64,000 nucleotides of DNA, taken from Synechococcus sp. (lineage in GTDB: Bacteria; Cyanobacteriota; Cyanobacteriia; PCC-6307; Cyanobiaceae). The position numbers and the translations under genes were made by a program. The notes under the pieces were generated by a model that did not search any database, was not told the DNA's origin, and saw only the letters and a list, made by a program, of their open reading frames with translations. Each line of letters begins with the position of its first letter. Position 1 is the stretch's first letter. The stretch is taken from assembly GCA_047284725.1 (NCBI GenBank), contig JBJBEO010000001.1, forward strand, positions 128,001-192,000. The letters run 5' to 3'. Shown here piece after piece: positions 10,825 through 18,824 of this stretch.

Positions 10825-11658
10825 ATGGGGGTTAACCCTTCAGTGTTTGCAGCGTTTAACGTTGATGCTGTTTCAGCGCTGCTCGTTCCTTTTCTTTTCA
10901 AGTTGCTCGGTGCGGCTGCCCTTTGGATTGTGGGCGGTTGGCTGATTGGCTTGGCGCTCCGTCTTCTTAGGCGTTTCTTCAGGCAGGGCACGCTCGACCC
11001 CACACTGGCGAATTACCTGTTGGGCATCATTGGCGTGGTGCTGCGGGTTGTTCTTGTTGTTGCCATTCTTGGCTTCTTTGGTATTGAGACCACCAGTTTT
11101 GCTGCCCTCCTTGCCGGTGCTGGTATCGCGATCGGTGCGGCCTGGAGTGGGATGCTGGGCAATTTCGCTGCGGGTGTTTTCCTGCAGCTGTTTCGACCAA
11201 TTTCAGTCGGTGATTACATCGAAGGTGGCGGTGTGGAAGGCACCGTGAAGGAGGTGGGCATGTTTGTCACCTCGATCACCTCCCCTGACAATGTGGTGAA
11301 CATCCTCGGTAATGCCAAGCTGTTCGGCGATACCATCAAAAATTACTCAGCGACGCCTTTTCGCCGGGTTGAGCTGGTGGCCCAACTCGACAACAGCGCT
11401 GATGTGGCCAAGGCGATCACCTTGCTGAAGGAGGGGATCAAGACGGTTCCCCATCAAGTCAATGGGCAGGACGCCGACATTGAGGTCCTTGAGTTCAGTG
11501 AGCGGGGGCCACGTCTGGCCGTTCGTCCTTACACCCATACCAGCAACTACTGGCAGGTTTATTTCGACACCAATCGCATGATTGTTGACGTTCTGGGCCA
11601 GGCCGGATTCCCTGTTCCCCGCATCCCTGTGGAGATGCAAAAGAATGGCTTGAACTGA
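10825..11658 (+). CDS. mscS: small-conductance mechanosensitive channel, MscS family
   Basis: TTSFAALLAGAGIAIGAAWSGMLGNFAAG, RPISVGDYI, GTVKEVG, IKNYS. Confidence 0.92.
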   Translation: MGVNPSVFAAFNVDAVSALLVPFLFKLLGAAALWIVGGWLIGLALRLLRRFFRQGTLDPTLANYLLGIIGVVLRVVLVVAILGFFGIETTSFAALLAGAGIAIGAAWSGMLGNFAAGVFLQLFRPISVGDYIEGGGVEGTVKEVGMFVTSITSPDNVVNILGNAKLFGDTIKNYSATPFRRVELVAQLDNSADVAKAITLLKEGIKTVPHQVNGQDADIEVLEFSERGPRLAVRPYTHTSNYWQVYFDTNRMIVDVLGQAGFPVPRIPVEMQKNGLN

Positions 11659-11683
11659 TGGCGCGCTGGGATTGCGTGCCATC
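11657..11683. terminator. hairpin between the convergent mscS and oxygenase genes
   Basis: GATGGCGCGC-N7-GCGTGCCATC, 10-bp stem with one G.U pair, no long U tract. Confidence 0.4.
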
Positions 11684-11744
11684 CCTTAGGCCTTGAATGA
11701 GCGAGAAGCTCAGGCCCATCGGTAGCAGCGTTGGGAGGTCCGTT

Positions 11745-12668
11745 TCAGGGGTTCCCAACGCCTTTGTTGTCGTCGTCATCACGCCGGGAGGCGTTGTTCA
11801 GCCGTTGCAGCAGTGAGGGTGGGCCGAGCTGCTCCAGACGGAACTGTGTCCCGTAGCTGGGTGTGGGGCGCTGGGAGAAAAAGCGTCTGCGTTGGGGAGT
11901 CCAGAAACGGCGAACGGCGCCCAGGAGGAAGCTGCGGCAGTGGAGTGCCAACCGCACGGCCTTGACTTGCCAGGCCGGAGCTTTTGGCCAGTTGAGACTG
12001 CTGAGGGTTTCCGGTTCCAGCAGGCTGCAGACAATGGACCGAAGCCATCGGTGCAAGGGCGCTGGCCAAGCTGCCAGCAGCATTGTGATCGTGGCCTCTG
12101 CAACGCGCTGGTTGCTTTCGGCACAGGCAAAAAGTTGATGATTGGCGCGCTGATTGAGCTCCATTAAGGCCTGCAGACTGCTGGGCCGTTGTTCAATGTT
12201 CATCAGGCTGCCCACATGATCCCAGAACTGGAATAACGCCTCCTGTTCCAGGGGCTGGAGTGCGCGCCAGCCATACCTCTCGATCCAGCGAATCGGCTCA
12301 GCCACGAAGCCGGAGAGCACGTAGGCGTACTCCGCCTGGCCAATGGCGTAGGTGCCATGAATTCGATTCAGTCGTTGGATGACGGCTTTCCCCTGGGGGG
12401 TATCGGGGCCGAGCCGCACCAGTTCCGCCACGATCAAGGCCGTATCGTCGTAACGCTTCCGGGGGCGTTGCTCGAACTCACCGGTTTGATGCAGCAAGCC
12501 TGAGATCGAGGGCAGGCAGAAGGTCTTCAGCAAGGCCAGTTCCAGGGCCCGGTTCATGTCCCATGGGAAGAGCAATCCCACCAGATCACGACACTGCTCC
12601 AGCACGAGGGGATCCAACCCTTGTGCCCTCTGCGTCTCGGAGCTTGGGTCTGATCCAGAAGACGTCAT
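11745..12668 (-). CDS. oxygenase MpaB/Lcp-like (DUF2236) protein
   Basis: ALELALLKTFCLPSISGLL..TGEF...KRYDDT...RLNRIHG...YVLSGF..EPIRWIERYGWR. Confidence 0.82.
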   Translation of the reverse strand: MTSSGSDPSSETQRAQGLDPLVLEQCRDLVGLLFPWDMNRALELALLKTFCLPSISGLLHQTGEFEQRPRKRYDDTALIVAELVRLGPDTPQGKAVIQRLNRIHGTYAIGQAEYAYVLSGFVAEPIRWIERYGWRALQPLEQEALFQFWDHVGSLMNIEQRPSSLQALMELNQRANHQLFACAESNQRVAEATITMLLAAWPAPLHRWLRSIVCSLLEPETLSSLNWPKAPAWQVKAVRLALHCRSFLLGAVRRFWTPQRRRFFSQRPTPSYGTQFRLEQLGPPSLLQRLNNASRRDDDDNKGVGNP

Positions 12669-13144
12669 GGCAGTGATGGTCGCTGAAGGGTGTTGGGTCT
12701 GTCCCAGGTCTGGGCTTTCAAGCTCTCCAAAAGGAAGTCGACCCGTGGATCTCAAATCGATCGCATACAAGCAAAGGTACTTAATTAAATGTCGTTATCT
12801 ATGGATGGCTGGTCTTCTTATTCCATGTGGACCTGAGAGAAGAAAGTCGGTGTTGAGATTCGCGATCTAGATATCTTGATGGCCAGGAAGTCTTTGCATG
12901 CACATTTGTTTATTTTTACTTGGGTTGGTACGCGATGAGCCAATGCCTGCAGATACGACGACTTCATCCGCAGACGCTGTGAAATTGGTTCTCATTCTTG
13001 TTTTTTTGGGGCTCTCAACCCCTGCCCTGAGCATGAATTCATTGCATTGATGCACTGCTCTTGCAGTCAGTTTGTAGCGTTTTGTTGCTAATCTGCGCCA
13101 GAGCGCGGCTTTTTCTACCATTAAAAAAGAAGAATATCCTTTCA

Positions 13145-13777
13145 ATGCCTTTGGGTGATATCGCAGGTAAGTCATCGGCTTTGACGGTGATCACTCCTCT
13201 GTGGTGCTCTTGGATTAACCGCTTTTTGTTTGCTTTATATCGTTCTCTTCCCGCTCAATTCTTCCCACTGGTCAATCTTAAAATGATCCATTTCGCGAGA
13301 TGGGTTATTCTGCCAAAAGATCGGTGGCCAGGGCGTTCTAGGGATTTTAAGACACGCTATTCATACCTTTTATTTGCCTCCAATTTCAATGGTACTTGGG
13401 ATGTTTATCTCGATGAGTTTTCAGATGTGATTTCATTGGGAATGGACACAATGTGGTATCGCAGCATCGGCTATCCAAAGTCCATACCTAGCTCTCCATT
13501 CAAAGCTTATATCGACGACAACTCAATCGAGTGCTCTTACTATTATAATTCTCTTCCTGGATTTTCTCTTAGAGATGTCGCGAGTGCATTAAAAGTGCGT
13601 AAAGCGGTTGGCTGTTTGGAGGCTCATTTGTCTGCGCTTGATCAGGATAACCAGCTATCTGAATCTGCAAAAGATGACTTATTCTTTGAAAAATTTCAGG
13701 CTGTAATGGCTAATTTGGCCAACCATTTCCCATCGACAGGTAAGCCACCTCTGCATTCACACGATATTTCTTGTTAA
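13145..13777 (+). CDS. uncharacterised DyP-cluster protein A (HFAR motif)
   Basis: LTVITP...IHFARWVI...YLLFASNFNGTWDVYLDEF...YYYN; first gene of the operon. Confidence 0.75.
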   Translation: MPLGDIAGKSSALTVITPLWCSWINRFLFALYRSLPAQFFPLVNLKMIHFARWVILPKDRWPGRSRDFKTRYSYLLFASNFNGTWDVYLDEFSDVISLGMDTMWYRSIGYPKSIPSSPFKAYIDDNSIECSYYYNSLPGFSLRDVASALKVRKAVGCLEAHLSALDQDNQLSESAKDDLFFEKFQAVMANLANHFPSTGKPPLHSHDISC

Positions 13778-13817
13778 GGCTTGTCAACTCGCTCAATCTT
13801 TAACGGATAAGATTTAT

Positions 13818-14990
13818 ATGCCCAGTAATGAAGCGGGATTCTACCAGTTAACGGCTCTGTTGCCGATCAAAGCGGGCACTTACTCAAGTTTATTGGGCGA
13901 GAATAATGCTTCTAATGCATTTGAAAGCACCCGCTCATATGTTCATCATCTGAAAGCTTACCTGAACAAATTGTCAGATTCATACTTGCAAGAGATTGAT
14001 GATAATCCTTCGGGCCCAAGTATTCCTCATTTATTTGATCATACGAGCCGCACTCATTTTGCAAGATTTGTTGTGATTGATCAGCTTTTCTACAATGGAA
14101 GGCGTCGGAATGATTCCCTTGTGGATTTTGTCAGATTGATGCTAAACAAAGATGTGCTTTCGAGAAAAGACAGGATTGACCAGTTGCACTCTTCTTATCT
14201 TCTTGTAGCTATTGACTTTGACTGCAGTCATGGTTCGACCACTTGCGTGCAAGATTATTTGTCGGAGCTATGGCCTTATGCTCAAGATGAATTGACTGAG
14301 ATCTTTTGGCACTGTGAGGGATTCGCATTGCCATCGCCTTTTAATGATCAATTCTGTCAAACATATGCCAACGATTGGTATCTTTATCAAGTCGTAGAAC
14401 GACTAATCTTGTCTCATGAGGTTGAGACAACTTACCCATTTTCTGCATACTTTTGGGCCGCCGAAAATGTGCGTCGATGGAATCCGTTGACAGATCAAGT
14501 TTCACCTTCTCGATTCCGCAATCGATGGGGATTGATTCTCGTAGGCACTCTACCCTTAATACTTATTTCTCTGGCACTGCTTATTCTACCTTTTTACATG
14601 GGCAGCTTCTTTTTTAATCTGTTGTATCAAGCAGCATTCCCAGATATAGACTTAAGTAATTTCTATTCAGCTTGGAATCAATGGGGGCTCATTGGCTTTT
14701 GCCTTTCCATTGCCTCTTTAATCTTGTTTATGTTTGCTTGGCGATATTTTGTTTCCAGTGCGAATCAATCTCTTGATCCAATAAATGGTGTCGACTTGAA
14801 ATCGATCTTGAAATCTCTTTACATTCAGTCTGAGCTCTTTAATATGTATAAAATATGGCAGGAACATGATCGCTTTGATCGATCCAGTTTACGTAAACGA
14901 TTTGCAAGGTTTCTCGACAAGACGAAACCCTCAGACATACATGCTCCCTCTTTGAAGCCTGGCAAATACTTTTCCACTTTCCCTGAATGA
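13818..14990 (+). CDS. uncharacterised DyP-cluster protein B (HFAR motif, two TM segments)
   Basis: LTALLPI...THFARFVVIDQLFYNGR...YLLVAIDFD; two hydrophobic stretches near the C-terminus; ATGA overlap with the next gene. Confidence 0.78.
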   Translation: MPSNEAGFYQLTALLPIKAGTYSSLLGENNASNAFESTRSYVHHLKAYLNKLSDSYLQEIDDNPSGPSIPHLFDHTSRTHFARFVVIDQLFYNGRRRNDSLVDFVRLMLNKDVLSRKDRIDQLHSSYLLVAIDFDCSHGSTTCVQDYLSELWPYAQDELTEIFWHCEGFALPSPFNDQFCQTYANDWYLYQVVERLILSHEVETTYPFSAYFWAAENVRRWNPLTDQVSPSRFRNRWGLILVGTLPLILISLALLILPFYMGSFFFNLLYQAAFPDIDLSNFYSAWNQWGLIGFCLSIASLILFMFAWRYFVSSANQSLDPINGVDLKSILKSLYIQSELFNMYKIWQEHDRFDRSSLRKRFARFLDKTKPSDIHAPSLKPGKYFSTFPE

Positions 14991-16903
14991 TCATGGCTAC
15001 AACTTTTGACCGGCTTGATATTCAGGGAAATATTCTTTTGCCCTATGGACGTTCTTCTTATCCGATTGCTCGTCATTTTATTTTTCATAGTAGTGATAAG
15101 ACGAAAGCTCAAAGATTTTTACACTTAATTCTGCCTTCAATCACTACAGCTCAGTTTTTTCCCTCGAAACGTTCTGTTCAGATGCAGATTCCTGCTGAGC
15201 AAATGAGGAAGGACAATCCAGATGTCCTGCTGAATATTGCCTTTACGGCACCGGGGCTTAGGGCTTTTGGTGTTCCAGAATCAGCTCTTCGCCAGTTTCC
15301 AGATGCTTTTCTAGATGGAATGTGGAATAGATCGGAATTATTAAATGACAATCGATCAGACTGGAATCATGCTTGGAAGGATGATGAAGAGGTAAATATT
15401 ACTCATTTGATGGTTAGCTTGCGTGTTGCCTTCAATCCTTGTTTGAAAGAAGTCTGTTCAGCTAGACATGATACCTATTCAAAGTCTGATTATCATCGTC
15501 AAGAGACGTTTCGGCTGGCACGATCCAGAATGATTCAGCATCTGGATCGCGAAACGAACCACTTGCTGAATCAGACAGAGCAGCATGGTTTAGTTGCTCT
15601 CACAGGTCATTCCACTATGAATCCCAATACTAAATGGCTTGAGTGTGAATCACTTTGCCATTCCAGGCTTCAAGATCTTGCTATCGCTGGGCTAAGTGAC
15701 GAACAATGCGAGGTTCAACTAAATCAGCAAATTGATTTGGGCTATGTTTCTTCATCGGCAAAGCTTACCGATCTCCGCTATAGCGAATATGAGCATTTCG
15801 GATTTTTTGATGGTATTGGTGATCCTGTCTTTGATGGTCAATATCCATCTTCTTTTCAGGATGAAATGGCTCAGGGGCAAGGCCACCTCTCACGCGGGAA
15901 GTGGAGACCGATTGCACCTGGAGAATTTTTATTGGGTTATCCCAATGAGGCACAGGAGACTACATGCCATCCCATGCCTTATTCGTTTAGTAGAAATGGA
16001 ACCTTCATGGCTGTACGTAAACTAGATCAGAATGTTTCTGCCTTTCATAAGGCTTTGGAGAAGCAGACTCCGTTGTTGGATCACTGGCTTGATGAGTATC
16101 AAGACATCAGTTCACCGGATCAAATTGCCATCCCTAAGCATCTCCCCAAAGCGTTAAAATTACTTCGTGCCAAATTGGTTGGGCGTTGGGATGATGGCAC
16201 GCCGTTGGTGCATGCACCGACGTATGAATCCTGGCTTAGCTTTCGTGAACGTCTACTGACATTGGCTGGAGAAGCCAGAAAAGGTGGATCAATGGCGAAA
16301 GAAGCTTGGCAAGAATTTAAGACCAAGTTTACACTTTTCACTTTTGAGTCTGATGATGATAAGGGGATCAAGTGTCCATTTGCTTCACACATTCGTCGCA
16401 GCAATCCTCGAGACAGTGGTGATCCATCGGTTCGCAACGATGCCGACCGGTCAGAAAGGTCTCAAGCAAGTTCTTTGCTGGTGAATCGACGTCGAATTTT
16501 AAGGCGTGGTATGACCTATGGGCCACCACCGGATTTACAGCAAAATGTTGCTAGCGGAAATCACGAACCTCCTTCGAGCGAAAAAGAAAAAGGTACTTTC
16601 TTTGTTGGAATTTGCTCTGATCTAGCTAGGCAATTTGAGTTCATGCAGCAACAATGGTTGAACTATGGATCTGATTTTAATTTAGGTAATGATATTTGTC
16701 CGATTGCCGGAGCACTCCATCCTTCTTTGGACAGTCATCTGTCCAGTTCCAAGGTTTTGATGACATCAGAGAGGCGCGATGGAACGCTCACGCCTCCCTT
16801 CGTTGTCAGTCCATCATCGAGGCCAGTGGTGTGTCGCGGTGGAGCTTATTTCTTCGTCCCTAGCCTTTCGGCTATCCGTTTATTAGCTGACAATCGCTTC
16901 TAA
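14987..16903 (+). CDS. DyP-type (dye-decolorizing) heme peroxidase
   Basis: DIQGNIL, EHFGFFDGIGDP (GxxDG), NGTFMAVRKLDQNV, SHIRRSNPRD (proximal His), ILRRGMTYG (distal Arg), QFEFMQQQW, GGAYFFVPS. Confidence 0.93.
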   Translation: MIMATTFDRLDIQGNILLPYGRSSYPIARHFIFHSSDKTKAQRFLHLILPSITTAQFFPSKRSVQMQIPAEQMRKDNPDVLLNIAFTAPGLRAFGVPESALRQFPDAFLDGMWNRSELLNDNRSDWNHAWKDDEEVNITHLMVSLRVAFNPCLKEVCSARHDTYSKSDYHRQETFRLARSRMIQHLDRETNHLLNQTEQHGLVALTGHSTMNPNTKWLECESLCHSRLQDLAIAGLSDEQCEVQLNQQIDLGYVSSSAKLTDLRYSEYEHFGFFDGIGDPVFDGQYPSSFQDEMAQGQGHLSRGKWRPIAPGEFLLGYPNEAQETTCHPMPYSFSRNGTFMAVRKLDQNVSAFHKALEKQTPLLDHWLDEYQDISSPDQIAIPKHLPKALKLLRAKLVGRWDDGTPLVHAPTYESWLSFRERLLTLAGEARKGGSMAKEAWQEFKTKFTLFTFESDDDKGIKCPFASHIRRSNPRDSGDPSVRNDADRSERSQASSLLVNRRRILRRGMTYGPPPDLQQNVASGNHEPPSSEKEKGTFFVGICSDLARQFEFMQQQWLNYGSDFNLGNDICPIAGALHPSLDSHLSSSKVLMTSERRDGTLTPPFVVSPSSRPVVCRGGAYFFVPSLSAIRLLADNRF

Positions 16904-16919
16904 ACAACATTACCAACTA

Positions 16920-18800
16920 ATGATCATGATTATTCCATCTTTTTTGACGCCATTCTGCAGCATATTTTTCTTCCCGGCATCGTCAGTTGTTCTTGCTACT
17001 GCTAATTTGACTGAACAAAGCTTTCGTTCATATCTTGAGTCTTTTGGTCTGTTGATTGAGTCTTTTGTTCATGCGTTGTTGTCTCGCATTGAATTGCTTC
17101 TGCTGGCTGTTGTTCTTTTATATTTTTTCATGCGTTTCGCGCGTATTCTGTTTTTGTATTTTCTTCAACTAATTGAAACGACCGTTAGGGTAACTCACTT
17201 ATTTGGTGATGTCTTTGCAGCGCTATGTTGGGTTAACCCTCGTTATCGAATTAATCGTGCTTACGGCTATCAAGCAAATGCGATCTCTTCCCTTGTCTCT
17301 ATATCTTTACGTCTGGCGAAGGAAATCTTGCTTCTGCCTTTTGATTGGATGCGTTCACTCGGTCTTGCCTCGATTTTTGGGCCAGATTCAGTCACTGATA
17401 GTAAGCACTATTTAAGTAAGGCGTTCTACCCCTCTTTGCTGCAACGATTGACCATCATAAAACATCGGCACGTCACTATTTATTTTTACTTATCGTTCGT
17501 TCGCTTGTTTGTCCATCGCTTGACTGTGCCTTCGTGGTTTCCTGGCATCAGGATCAAGGAACTGAGTCATGGCGACCAATTCCCTGTGAAGCGTCACCTT
17601 CACCTTTTAAAGCGTCATGATGTCGAAGAAGTCTTGGAGCGCTCTGAGGACTTTCATGTTGTCTATGGCCCGAGAATGTGCGATATCACTCAAAATGGGC
17701 ATCCGTCTGGAAATTTCCTTCTTGGCATGCAGGCCTTATCTCCAACCTACACACGTGATATTTCTAATATGCGATTAATCTTTCGCCGTGATGATGTTGG
17801 TAGATGTCACTCCATTGCCTCCACTGCATCTGTTGACAGTTTTCTTGCCTTTGATATCCGAGCAGATGTCCCCCTCGATCTTGATGGGGCCAAAGTTCTG
17901 AGTTTACCGAAGGATCTTGTTTTACCTGTTATCAAAACGTTTGTTGAAGAGTATTTTGGCATTCGCCTTCCACTCCAAGCGCTAAATGTCGACGGAACGA
18001 CTGCAGTTGACTACAATCTTTTATGGTTTTCGCATCTTTTCCATTATATCTTTTACGATCTCAATGGTGACGATAGTAGAAGCATTGCGCTTGCATCTGC
18101 AGCTTTGTTTAATCAAGACCTAGATCAACAGATTGCTAGTGCGAAACAACAATTAAGCGAGCCTTTGGAGCATGTCGATACTGTGTTGTCTCGATGTATC
18201 AGACTTCAGCAATCTGGTACTCCTGGAATGGATAATCTTGCGATTCGGATTAATTTGACGGGATTTCTTGTGGGGGCAGTATTGCCGCTGATCAACACGA
18301 TTTGCCAGGTTGTCGATCAGTTGTTGTCTCGACCTCGTATTCTTCAAAAAGCCACACGCGCTGCGGATCAATCCGACCTTGTTTTGTTACAGGGATTTGT
18401 ATCCGAAGCTCTTCGTTTTGCACCGGGTGATCCTGTGATATATCGCCATTGTCGCAAGAAGGTAAAGTTAGTTAATGGGCCATTTCATTCTGCCATACCT
18501 GCCAATACCTTGGTGATGGCATGGAATTCCTCTGCAATGTTCGATCCAAAATATGTTGATAAGCCCTGGCAATTCAATCCCGCTAGACCTGCTAGAGACT
18601 ATTTGCACTTTGGTCATATGCATCATGTCTGTGCAGGTAAATATATTGTGATGTCTGTAATACCAGCGGTGCTTCGTGAATTATTGGTCCGCTATGACTT
18701 GTCTAGGGTCCCAGGTACGTGCGGTTATCCTTCAAAACATGGAATCACGGTTTCAGAATTTGATGTCCTAGTACGTCCTAGGCTCTGTTCTGATGAATGA
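16920..18800 (+). CDS. cytochrome P450 with a long hydrophobic N-terminal extension
   Basis: EALR (ExxR), PWQFNPAR (meander), HFGHMHHVCAG (heme Cys pocket). Confidence 0.88.
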   Translation: MIMIIPSFLTPFCSIFFFPASSVVLATANLTEQSFRSYLESFGLLIESFVHALLSRIELLLLAVVLLYFFMRFARILFLYFLQLIETTVRVTHLFGDVFAALCWVNPRYRINRAYGYQANAISSLVSISLRLAKEILLLPFDWMRSLGLASIFGPDSVTDSKHYLSKAFYPSLLQRLTIIKHRHVTIYFYLSFVRLFVHRLTVPSWFPGIRIKELSHGDQFPVKRHLHLLKRHDVEEVLERSEDFHVVYGPRMCDITQNGHPSGNFLLGMQALSPTYTRDISNMRLIFRRDDVGRCHSIASTASVDSFLAFDIRADVPLDLDGAKVLSLPKDLVLPVIKTFVEEYFGIRLPLQALNVDGTTAVDYNLLWFSHLFHYIFYDLNGDDSRSIALASAALFNQDLDQQIASAKQQLSEPLEHVDTVLSRCIRLQQSGTPGMDNLAIRINLTGFLVGAVLPLINTICQVVDQLLSRPRILQKATRAADQSDLVLLQGFVSEALRFAPGDPVIYRHCRKKVKLVNGPFHSAIPANTLVMAWNSSAMFDPKYVDKPWQFNPARPARDYLHFGHMHHVCAGKYIVMSVIPAVLRELLVRYDLSRVPGTCGYPSKHGITVSEFDVLVRPRLCSDE

Positions 18801-18824
18801 AAGACGTCTCTTCATTGTTTAACG

